Positions 27,294 to 36,090 of a stretch of DNA of 40,858 bases are shown piece by piece. The notes beneath the pieces were generated by a model, which was not told where the DNA came from, did no database searches, and saw only the letters and a list, made by a program, of their open reading frames with translations. How positions within the stretch are numbered: position 1 is the first letter of the stretch; the number at the start of each line of letters is the position of its first letter. The stretch is taken from the sequence record SRR31156797_10768. One strand, written 5' to 3'. The position numbers were made by a program, and so were the translations under genes.

Positions 27294-28397
27294 ATGAGTA
27301 AGTATATAGGCGTAATGTCGGGTACTAGTTTAGATGGTGTTGATGCTGTACTGGTTTCAATTAAGAACGATAATGTTGAGGTTATTAAAAGTGTATCTCA
27401 TGATTTTCCATCTGATTTGGTTGATAACCTTAAGAAATTACTGGAAACAGGAATCGTTTCTTTGCAGAAGCTCGGGGAAATTAATTACCGCTTGGGTTTG
27501 GTTTATGCTAATTGTGTTAATGATTTAATTGTTGAGGCAGGGATAAGGTCTGAAGAGGTAAAGGCAATCGGTTGTCATGGGCAAACTGTATTTCATGATC
27601 CTAGAAGCAAGTATCCTTTCTCGATCCAGCTTGGAGATGGTAATGTGTTAGCTGCAAAAACTGGAATTGATGCAATTATTGATTTTAGAGGAATGGATAT
27701 TGCTTTTGGTGGAGAGGGGGCTCCTTTGACACCTGCTTTTCACCAAAAATTTTTTAAAGATAAAAAGGAGAAGAGAGTGATTTTAAACCTTGGAGGAATT
27801 GCTAATGTAACAGTTCTGAACGAAGATAAAATATTGGGATTTGATACAGGACCAGCAAATTGTTTGATCGATTTATGGATTCAAAACGAATTGGGAAAAC
27901 AGTTTGATAAGAATGGAGATTGGGCTCGATCTGGTACTATTCATGCCGAATTGTTGGCTCATTTTATGAATGAAGATTATTTTAAACTTAAAGCTCCAAA
28001 GAGTACTGGCAAGGAATTATTCAATCTAGAGTGGATTAAAGAAAAACTAGTTGATTTTCCGAATATTTCGAATAAAGATATACAAGCTACAATTACAGAC
28101 TTAACAGCTAAGTCAATTGCAGAGGCCATTCATCTTTATGCTTCTAATATAGAGGCAGTATATATATGTGGTGGAGGTGCTTTTAATTTATATCTGCGCG
28201 AAAGAATAGGTCATTATCTGCCGGGAATAAAAATATCTACTACTTCGGACTTAGGTATTCCTGAGCAATTGGTTGAAGCTGTTGCATTTGCATGGTTGGC
28301 TTATCAAAGAGTTAATGAGTTACCTGGTAATTTACCAAGTGTGACCGGATCAGGTAATACCGCCATTCTTGGATGTGTTTATAAATATATGGGGTAG
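27294..28397 (+). CDS. anmK: Anhydro-N-acetylmuramic acid kinase
   Basis: YIGVMSGTSLDGVD, IGCHGQTVFH, DFRGMDIAFGGEGAPL, LNLGGIAN, GFDTGPAN, PKSTGKELF, CGGGAFN, VEAVAFAWLA, GNLPSVTG. Confidence 0.96.
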   Translation: MSKYIGVMSGTSLDGVDAVLVSIKNDNVEVIKSVSHDFPSDLVDNLKKLLETGIVSLQKLGEINYRLGLVYANCVNDLIVEAGIRSEEVKAIGCHGQTVFHDPRSKYPFSIQLGDGNVLAAKTGIDAIIDFRGMDIAFGGEGAPLTPAFHQKFFKDKKEKRVILNLGGIANVTVLNEDKILGFDTGPANCLIDLWIQNELGKQFDKNGDWARSGTIHAELLAHFMNEDYFKLKAPKSTGKELFNLEWIKEKLVDFPNISNKDIQATITDLTAKSIAEAIHLYASNIEAVYICGGGAFNLYLRERIGHYLPGIKISTTSDLGIPEQLVEAVAFAWLAYQRVNELPGNLPSVTGSGNTAILGCVYKYMG

Positions 28398-28659
28398 TGT
28401 TCAGTTATACTAACCTATTGCCTTTTTCGATCAAGTAGATATTAATATGTAGGTTTTTGTACTACAAATTTTAATAATCTTGTAGTATTTGTACAAATTG
28501 TATGTTCCTTTTGTTGAACTTGACTTCAGTTTTACTATTTGTGTACTGCCTATGTGTAGTTGCCTGTAAGTTGTAGTTTGTCATATTTAGGTGTAAATCT
28601 GAACGATGGGATGTGTTGTAAAACATGCAATTATGTCTTGGCTTTCAGTGTATGTGTTA

Positions 28660-28694
28660 TATTTTTGGAATCATGTAAGATGTAATACCAATTA
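28660..28694 (+). promoter_or_regulatory. -7 element plus putative operator site 6 for ykfC-ykfB-susC-susD
   Basis: TATTTTTG (28660-28667) then TAAGATGTAATACCAATTA (28676-28694), 17/19 identical to site 2, ending 10 bp before the ATG. Confidence 0.65.
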
Positions 28695-28704
28695 TTTTAA
28701 TGCA

Positions 28705-29880
28705 ATGAAACAAATTTCATTTATAGTACTCTTTTTAATGTGTGTAGCTTGTTCTAATAATTTGGAATTATTACAGCGAGTGGAGCAAATAACTAATGGG
28801 ATTAAAAATAAGATGGCTCCAGATAGTAGGGAGACCATATTTCAAATAAAATTTTATTTCGAAAAAAATAATAAGTTAGTGATTAGGGGTGAAACTTCTC
28901 TGCCAGATGCGAAAGTTGCCTTGCTGACAGCTGTTAAAGAATTAGGAGTTCAATGTATAGATAGTGTATGCTTACTACCTGATGAGAAATTGGGAGAAAG
29001 AAATTGGGCTCTGATAAATTTAAGTGTTGTTAATCTTAGAGCAAATCCAAGGCATTCGGCAGAGCTTGTTTCTCAAGCCATAATGGGTACTCCCGTAAAA
29101 ATCCTTAAGAAAGAAAATTTCTGGTATTTAGTTCAAACTCCCGATAAATATATTGCTTGGGTTGATGCAGCTGCATTAAATCTCAGAAATGAGCAGGAGA
29201 TGCAAGAGTGGAGAGAATCAAAAAGAGTGATTTTTAAACCATCTTTTGAGGTTGCTTCTGGTGGTAATGGGAAAGAAGTAGTTACCGATATTGTTGCAGG
29301 ATCTATTCTTGAGATTGATGCAACATTGGGAAAAAGTTTTCTATTGAAATTACCTGATGGTCGCTCTATTAAATTGGATAAAAATAAGTGTGAGAAGTTT
29401 AATGAATGGAAAGTGAGAAATATCACTGATGTAACTATTTTAACTTTAACAGCAAAACAATTTATGGGAAGACCTTATTTATGGGGTGGCACTTCTTCAA
29501 AGGGAGTGGATTGTAGTGGTTTTGTAAAGTCAGTTTACTTTATGAATGGTATAATCCTTGCGCGAGATGCCTCTCTTCAGTTTCTTCATGGTCAGCCTAT
29601 TTTGCCAAGCCAAGGATTTAGGGATTTAAGAGAAGGTGATTTGGTGTTTTTTGGTAGAAAGGCTACCGAGGAGTCATCTCAAAAAGTTACTCATGTGGGA
29701 ATGTATATGAAGGATGGTGAATTTATTCATTCGTCTGGTCGTGTTAAGATTAATAGTTTCGATCCGAAAGCTTATAATTTTAGTAATTATAGAACTGTGA
29801 GTTGGTTGGGAGGACGAAGAATTTTAAATAGAATCGGCGAAGAAGGAATAGTACGTGTAGCAAATCATCCATGGTATTAA
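28705..29880 (+). CDS. ykfC: SH3b-NlpC/P60 gamma-D-Glu-diaminoacid endopeptidase (YkfC/dipeptidyl-peptidase VI-like), lipoprotein
   Basis: Start moved to ATG 28705 (MKQISFIVLFLMCVAC lipobox); NLRANP..SAELVSQAIMGTPVKIL, PYLWGGTS..GVDCSGF, LARDASLQ, GDLVFFG, THVGMY, FIHSSG. Confidence 0.88.
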   Translation: MKQISFIVLFLMCVACSNNLELLQRVEQITNGIKNKMAPDSRETIFQIKFYFEKNNKLVIRGETSLPDAKVALLTAVKELGVQCIDSVCLLPDEKLGERNWALINLSVVNLRANPRHSAELVSQAIMGTPVKILKKENFWYLVQTPDKYIAWVDAAALNLRNEQEMQEWRESKRVIFKPSFEVASGGNGKEVVTDIVAGSILEIDATLGKSFLLKLPDGRSIKLDKNKCEKFNEWKVRNITDVTILTLTAKQFMGRPYLWGGTSSKGVDCSGFVKSVYFMNGIILARDASLQFLHGQPILPSQGFRDLREGDLVFFGRKATEESSQKVTHVGMYMKDGEFIHSSGRVKINSFDPKAYNFSNYRTVSWLGGRRILNRIGEEGIVRVANHPWY

Positions 29881-29895
29881 AAGAAATAACTACAA

Positions 29896-31035
29896 ATGAA
29901 AATTGATAGAAGGAAATTTTTAGGGAATACAGGTTTGTTGCTAGGTGCTAGTTGTGTACTCCCATTGAATGGCGGTTGTGGTAATATAAGTGCCAATGAA
30001 TCTAATTATAAAGGTAAAGGATTAAAGTTAAGCTTTGAGCCGTATGATTTACAATTGAAACATGTTTTCACTATCGCATCTTTTTCAAGAACAACAACAC
30101 CGGTTATGCTCGTGAAAATTGAGTGGGGTGGAGTTGTTGGTTATGGTGAAGCTTCTATGCCTCCCTATTTAGGAGAATCTCACGAAACGGCGACTAAATT
30201 TTTAAAAAGTCTTAAACTAAATCAATTTCACGATCCATTTCGATTAAATGAGATATTATCATATGTTGATGGTGTTGCAAATGGGAATTGTGCAGCGAAA
30301 GCTTCTATCGATATTGCTTTGCATGATTTGATAGGAAAACTAATGGAAAAGCCATGGTTTAAAATATGGGGGTATAATAAAGAGGATACGCCAGTAACAA
30401 CTTTTACAATTGGCATTGATAAACCTGATGTTGTTGTTGAAAAAGTTAAGGAAGCTGTACCATATAAAATGCTTAAGGTAAAAATTGGTAGAGGTAATGA
30501 TGAGGAAATGATCAAGACAATTCGGACTGTTACCAATATCCCTTTATGTGTTGATGTGAATCAAGGGTGGAAAGATAAACATGAAGCCTTGGATAAAATT
30601 CATTGGTTGAAGGAACAAGGTGTTGTATTTGTTGAGCAACCGATGGATAAGCATGATTTAAATACCATGGCGTGGTTGACACAGCATAGTCCTCTTCCAA
30701 CAATTGCTGATGAAGGTATTCAGCGTTTAGCAGATATACCAAACTTGAGTGGGGCTTATTCAGGTATCAATATCAAATTAATGAAATGTACAGGTATGCG
30801 TGAGGCGCATAAAATGATGAATTTGGCTCGATCCTTAGATATGAAAGTAATGATAGGTTGTATGACCGAAACTTCTGTTGGAGTGAGTGCAGCTGCTCAA
30901 CTTTCTCCTATGGTTGATTGGGCTGATTTGGATGGGAATTTATTAATATCGAATGATCCATTTAAAGGTGTAACAGTTAAGGAAGGTAAAGTGATATTAC
31001 CAGATCAATCAGGAATAGGAGTAATTAAATTGTAA
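29896..31035 (+). CDS. ykfB: L-Ala-D/L-Glu dipeptide epimerase (enolase superfamily) with twin-arginine signal
   Basis: DRRKFL Tat motif; GYGEA, AKASIDIALHDL, LKVKIG, VDVNQGW, VEQP, IADEG, NIKLMKCTG, MIGCMTE, ADLDG. Confidence 0.88.
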   Translation: MKIDRRKFLGNTGLLLGASCVLPLNGGCGNISANESNYKGKGLKLSFEPYDLQLKHVFTIASFSRTTTPVMLVKIEWGGVVGYGEASMPPYLGESHETATKFLKSLKLNQFHDPFRLNEILSYVDGVANGNCAAKASIDIALHDLIGKLMEKPWFKIWGYNKEDTPVTTFTIGIDKPDVVVEKVKEAVPYKMLKVKIGRGNDEEMIKTIRTVTNIPLCVDVNQGWKDKHEALDKIHWLKEQGVVFVEQPMDKHDLNTMAWLTQHSPLPTIADEGIQRLADIPNLSGAYSGINIKLMKCTGMREAHKMMNLARSLDMKVMIGCMTETSVGVSAAAQLSPMVDWADLDGNLLISNDPFKGVTVKEGKVILPDQSGIGVIKL

Positions 31036-31079
31036 TCTAAATATAACACTATATAATTTGCTAATCTAAATTTAATACT

Positions 31080-34000
31080 ATGAAAAAAATTGCGTGCTTA
31101 GCGTTAATTATACTTCTTAGCTGGCAGATATCCTGGGCACAGGAATTGCTAGTGAAGGGTACGGTTACAGGTAGCGATAATGTAACTTTACCAGGGGTAT
31201 CAATTGTACAAAAAGGAACTTCTACAGGAACCATTACCGATATTGATGGTAAATACGAAGTGAAAGCAGAAGTTGGTGCTACTTTGGTATTTACTTTTGT
31301 TGGAATGGAACCTCAAGAGATTGTGCTCACAGGACAACAAGTTATTGACGTAGTGCTGATACCTCAGTCGATTGGAGTTGACGAAGTTGTAGTTACAGCT
31401 TTGGGAATTAAAAAGAGTAAAAAATCTTTGGGGTATGCAGTTCAGAATATAAAATCTGATGAATTACTTGCTGGTAACCAGAGTAATATGGTTAATACTT
31501 TGCAAGGGAAAATTGCAGGGGTAAGCATTAGTAGTGCTGGTGGATCACCAGGAGCTTCGTCGATTATCATGATTAGAGGTGGTTCTTCATTAAGTGGAAA
31601 TAACCAACCTTTATTTATTGTTGATGGATTACCTATCGATAACTCTACGAACTCGAGTTCTGAAGTTGCAAGTGCTAACCGTGCTTCCGATATTAATCCA
31701 GAGGATATAGAATCTATATCTGTATTGAAAGGTGCTACAGCCGCTGCTCTTTATGGTATACAAGCCGCTGAAGGTGCTATTATCATTACAACTAAAAAAG
31801 GTAAAACAGGTGAAGGTAAAATTTCATTCTCTTCTACTTTATCTGTTGATGAGGTTATAGGTACTCCTGATATACAGAATACCTTCGGACAGGGAAGTTA
31901 CGAATACAATAGCGATGGAGATATTCTTGGTTACGACCCATCACCAGGAATACACTTACAGTCTTGGGGTGATGTAATTCCTGAAGGAACTCCTACTTAT
32001 GATAATATTAGTAACTTATTCGAGAAGGCAGTCACACAAAAATACAATGTGAACTACTCAGGAGGTAATGATCAAACAAATATATTTGCTTCTGCATCTT
32101 ATTTAGATCAAAATGGTGTTATCGAAAACACAGGTTACGAAAAACTGAACCTTACTTTTAACGCACAGTCGAAATTTAGAAAAAACTTGACTATTGGTGT
32201 TAATGCTAAGTATATTAATACTCAAACTAAAAGTAATAAACAAGGCACCTCTTCGGGTGGTTCTTTTATAAGTATGCTTAAATATCCTGTTACCTACGAT
32301 GCTCGTGATTATGCAAACGAAGATGGTACACAAAAGATATTTATGGATTCAAAAGAAGATCAAGAATTTGATAATCCTTACTGGAGTCTTGACAATTCTC
32401 CTAATACTGATGAGGTTGATAGATTAATTGGACAAGTTAATTTGAATTATAAACCTCTCGATTATCTTACAATTTCTTATCGTTTAGGAACCGACTATTA
32501 TTCTCAATTTAATAAGAAGATTACTGATTTTGGATCTCTTATAAAAGGTAGATCTGATGGTTACCTAAGGCAGTATGAGAAGACTAGTCGTTTAGTGACT
32601 TCTACGCTTCTTGTTATGATGAATAAAACTTTCGACGAAGATTATTCTCTTGACGTAACTTTAGGACATACAGTGGACGAAAAGAAGACAAGAACAACCT
32701 ATACAGGAGGTAATAAGTTTCAAGCTCCTGATATTTATAGTGTGTCAAATATTGCTGCTGATGACCAAACTCTTTCCGAATCTAAATATAGAAGAAGAAG
32801 TATGGGTGTTTTTGGTGAAGCTAAGTTTGGCTGGAAAAACATAGCATTTTTAAATGTAACCGGAAGAAACGACTGGTCTTCTACCTTACCGATTGGAGAT
32901 CATTCATTCTTCTATCCATCTGTAGGTACTTCTGTTGTTGTTTCCGATCTTCTTAATGAATTAGGTACTGATATTACTTCAGATAAGTTCCTTTCATACC
33001 TTAAGTTGAGAGCTACCTGGGCACAGGTTGGTAAAGATGCAAGCGCTCATATGTCAGAATCTTATTTAACACTACGTTCATGGCACTATGTTCCTGTTTC
33101 TGATGGTTATACTTGGAATTCAGACCAAGCTGGTAATCCAAATTTGAAACCTGAATTTACCACTTCATTTGAAATTGGTATGGATGCTCGCTTTTTCAAG
33201 AATAGAGTTAAATTGGATTTTAGTTACTACCATAGTTTATCTGAAGATCAACTCTTAAATGTGAGACTACCGCCGGCTGCAGGTGCTTATATTGCTCAGC
33301 TAAATGGTGGATCTGTTAAAAACGAAGGATACGAAGCTTTAGTTAATGTTTCTTTATTTCCTAGATCTAGTGAATTCCAGTGGGATATGTCTTTCAATTT
33401 TGCAAAAATGGAAAGTACTGTTTATGATCTTCCTGGTGAATTAGTTGAGGTAAATAACGATCAGTCGTGGACATGGAATAGCACAGCTTTAGGTGCTGCT
33501 GTCTTGGATGGTAATCTTTTCGGATTAAAGGGTAAAAGACCAAAGAGAAACGAAAATGGTGATAGGATAGTTAATAGCGATGGAAATTATTCGCTTGGCG
33601 AGGATATCTTTCCGGATGTTGATCGTATGCCAGATTGGACCATGGGGATTATCAATTCAATGTCGTACAAAAATTTCAGATTGTCATTCCTTGTCGATAT
33701 GAGTATTGGTGGAGATGTTTACAATGCTACTGAAGCTGCATTAACTTATTATGGTTTAAGTACTACTTCAGAGAACCGATCTATGACCGAAACAATGGTT
33801 TTGGATGGTGTTATGGCAAATGGTGTAGATGCTGATGGAAATACGATTTATGAGAAAAATACGACTCCTATCTTGAGAGATCAGAGATACTATCAAGATC
33901 AGTATGCTCAAAATGCTGAGAACTTTATTGAGGATGCTACATACGTTAAACTTAGATATGTAACACTTTCTTATAATCTTCCTAAGACTCTTCTTGATAA

Positions 34001-34190
34001 GATTGGTTTCGATGGAATGGAAGTTTTTGCAACTGGTAGAAATCTAATAATGATTTCTGATTACTCAGGTGTTGATCCTGAAATTGCTTCTTTTGGTGCC
34101 TCTGTTAGTGGTTCTGGAGCTATAGGTCTTGATAATCTAAGTACTCCTAATACTAAAGGTTTTGATTTAGGTGTTAAAATTAATTTCTAA
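31080..34190 (+). CDS. susC: SusC/RagA TonB-dependent transporter
   Basis: Signal peptide; GTITDIDGKY, EVVVTALGI, PLFIVDG, DINPEDIESISVLKGATAAALYG, RNDWSSTLP, LKLRATW, C-terminal F. Confidence 0.97.
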   Translation: MKKIACLALIILLSWQISWAQELLVKGTVTGSDNVTLPGVSIVQKGTSTGTITDIDGKYEVKAEVGATLVFTFVGMEPQEIVLTGQQVIDVVLIPQSIGVDEVVVTALGIKKSKKSLGYAVQNIKSDELLAGNQSNMVNTLQGKIAGVSISSAGGSPGASSIIMIRGGSSLSGNNQPLFIVDGLPIDNSTNSSSEVASANRASDINPEDIESISVLKGATAAALYGIQAAEGAIIITTKKGKTGEGKISFSSTLSVDEVIGTPDIQNTFGQGSYEYNSDGDILGYDPSPGIHLQSWGDVIPEGTPTYDNISNLFEKAVTQKYNVNYSGGNDQTNIFASASYLDQNGVIENTGYEKLNLTFNAQSKFRKNLTIGVNAKYINTQTKSNKQGTSSGGSFISMLKYPVTYDARDYANEDGTQKIFMDSKEDQEFDNPYWSLDNSPNTDEVDRLIGQVNLNYKPLDYLTISYRLGTDYYSQFNKKITDFGSLIKGRSDGYLRQYEKTSRLVTSTLLVMMNKTFDEDYSLDVTLGHTVDEKKTRTTYTGGNKFQAPDIYSVSNIAADDQTLSESKYRRRSMGVFGEAKFGWKNIAFLNVTGRNDWSSTLPIGDHSFFYPSVGTSVVVSDLLNELGTDITSDKFLSYLKLRATWAQVGKDASAHMSESYLTLRSWHYVPVSDGYTWNSDQAGNPNLKPEFTTSFEIGMDARFFKNRVKLDFSYYHSLSEDQLLNVRLPPAAGAYIAQLNGGSVKNEGYEALVNVSLFPRSSEFQWDMSFNFAKMESTVYDLPGELVEVNNDQSWTWNSTALGAAVLDGNLFGLKGKRPKRNENGDRIVNSDGNYSLGEDIFPDVDRMPDWTMGIINSMSYKNFRLSFLVDMSIGGDVYNATEAALTYYGLSTTSENRSMTETMVLDGVMANGVDADGNTIYEKNTTPILRDQRYYQDQYAQNAENFIEDATYVKLRYVTLSYNLPKTLLDKIGFDGMEVFATGRNLIMISDYSGVDPEIASFGASVSGSGAIGLDNLSTPNTKGFDLGVKINF

Positions 34191-34201
34191 AATTGTAATA
34201 A

Positions 34202-35902
34202 ATGAAAAACTTAAATATAATTAGCGGAATTCTAGTTTTACTTTTGTTAGGAGGATTGGTTTCCTGTTCCGATGATTTTTTCGATGTTAATGAATCAGAA
34301 ACAAAACCATCGAATATGTCTTTGCCTCCTCAACAACGATTGATGGCTACGATAGATAATACTACCGGTTTTGGACAAAGTAGATTGTCTAGAGAAGGTA
34401 CTGTGCTCTCTTATCATATTACTGAAAGAACAACATATTATTCAAGATGGAGATGGGGAACGGTTTCTTATGCCGCTGAGCAGTATCTATATACTAATGC
34501 TCTTCCAAATACTGCCGATTTAATTGTTTTAGGTGAAGAATACAATTCGCCTCATTATTCTGCAGTTGGAAAAATATTAAGAGCGTATCTTTTTTCTATG
34601 GTTAGCGATCAGCTTGGTGATATAATAATGGAAGATTCGTATAATGCTAAAGATCAGCTTATTCTTACGCCAAAGTTAACTTCGCAAAAGGATGCTTATA
34701 AAGGAATACATGAGCTTATCGATGAAGCTCTTTTAGATTTTGATAAGCCAAATGAAATTGATCTAAATGTAATTGGTACAGATGTGATGTTCCAGGGTGA
34801 TGTTGAGAAGTGGAAGAAATTTGCCTGGGCTCTTAAGGCTCGTCTTCTTAATCATATGACTGCTAAAACTTCGGGTGATTTTAAATATGATCCAGCAGCT
34901 GTTATTGCTGCCTGTGGGAAAGCTATGAGTTCAAATGCAGACAATGCAAAAAGAGAATTTACTGGTGAAGAGACTCAAAATAATATCTATCCATGGTCTG
35001 ATACTGAAGGTGGAGAAGTAGAAGGTGCTTTTGATTCTCGTGCAGACAATTGGTCAAAGTTTTTTGTTGACAATCTTAAGGATCCATTAATTTTAAATAA
35101 TGAATCTGTCCCAGATCCACGCCTACCTCTTATCGTACAGCCTGCTTTAGATGCAGAGCTTTATGGCTTGACAGGTTTAGATATGTATCAAGGTGTTCCT
35201 ATGGGAACATATCGTGAAAATGGTTTTAATGGAGTAAAAGAGACGGTAGATTTTGTTGCTGGTGATATTAATCCGTTTACAGGAGAACCTTTTGAAGAGG
35301 ACATTACAATTGTTATGGATTCAACAGAATATTTCTCCAGAGGTCATCAATATGGTAAGCCTAATGGTCTGTTCTATACTAGTCCAAATTCTGATTGGTA
35401 TTTGATTACGTATGCCGAATGTAAATTTATTGAAGCTGAGGCAAACTTTAGAAATGGCGATAAAGGGGCTGCTTTTGCTGCATACAGAGAAGGTATTAAT
35501 GCAGATATGACAAATATGGGTGTTGATGCTGCTGAAATTGCTGCTTATTTAACTCAAGTTGATAATCTTGGTTCGGCAAATATTACTCTAGAGCGCATAA
35601 TGACTCAAAAACATATTGCAACGGTAATGAATCCTGAAACTTGGGTTGATTTACGTAGAGTTGAGTACGATAATACTTTTACAAGGCTTAAGAGACCTCA
35701 AAATCTTAATGCTAGTATATTCCCAGCTTCAGGTGATGAAGTTGATGGTAATGAGGTGTGGATTCGTGCTCTTAAATATGATAAAAGAAATATTGAGAGA
35801 AATTCAGCGAATTTACCTGATAATGATGATGCATCACGTTTCCCTACTAGAGTTTGGTGGAACACTCCTGATGCTGATGATGTAGTTGATTTAACGAAGT
35901 GA
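34202..35902 (+). CDS. susD: SusD/RagB lipoprotein
   Basis: Lipobox LVSC; ILRAYLFSMVSDQLGDI, GDVEKWKKFAWALKAR, DPRL, ITYAECKFIEAEA, ETWVDLRR; 11 bp downstream of susC. Confidence 0.92.
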   Translation: MKNLNIISGILVLLLLGGLVSCSDDFFDVNESETKPSNMSLPPQQRLMATIDNTTGFGQSRLSREGTVLSYHITERTTYYSRWRWGTVSYAAEQYLYTNALPNTADLIVLGEEYNSPHYSAVGKILRAYLFSMVSDQLGDIIMEDSYNAKDQLILTPKLTSQKDAYKGIHELIDEALLDFDKPNEIDLNVIGTDVMFQGDVEKWKKFAWALKARLLNHMTAKTSGDFKYDPAAVIAACGKAMSSNADNAKREFTGEETQNNIYPWSDTEGGEVEGAFDSRADNWSKFFVDNLKDPLILNNESVPDPRLPLIVQPALDAELYGLTGLDMYQGVPMGTYRENGFNGVKETVDFVAGDINPFTGEPFEEDITIVMDSTEYFSRGHQYGKPNGLFYTSPNSDWYLITYAECKFIEAEANFRNGDKGAAFAAYREGINADMTNMGVDAAEIAAYLTQVDNLGSANITLERIMTQKHIATVMNPETWVDLRRVEYDNTFTRLKRPQNLNASIFPASGDEVDGNEVWIRALKYDKRNIERNSANLPDNDDASRFPTRVWWNTPDADDVVDLTK

Positions 35903-35920
35903 TCTTTATTACTACCAATT

Positions 35921-35956
35921 TATAGCTGTCTTTTTTTAAGAGGCGGCTGTATTTTT
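35921..35956 (+). terminator. Intrinsic terminator after susD
   Basis: TATAGCTGTCTTTT...AAGAGGCGGCTGTA G-U-rich stem followed by TTTTT. Confidence 0.6.
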
Positions 35957-36040
35957 AGAAAAGAATAGCGGAGGGTGGAGTGATGACTTTAAGCTATAAA
36001 GTCAAACTTACACTGGTCGCAAGTTAGTTTAGTTAGTAAG

Positions 36041-36080
36041 CATTATAAAGTGTAGAGTAGCTACTTTGCACTTTATAATG
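36041..36080 (+). repeat. 40-bp near-perfect palindrome upstream of the NAGPA-like gene
   Basis: CATTATAAAGTGTAGAGTAG|CTACTTTGCACTTTATAATG; 18/20 Watson-Crick pairs, the other two are G-U on the plus strand. Confidence 0.8.
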
Positions 36081-36090
36081 TATTTGTTTA

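Noticed and set aside
28606-28704. 33-aa N-terminal extension of ykfC in the ORF track (similarly the extensions at 2618, 4353, 6871, 9169 and 13838)
   Set aside because: Downstream ATGs give proper signal peptides or family N-termini; the ykfC and murK extensions overlap promoter/operator elements
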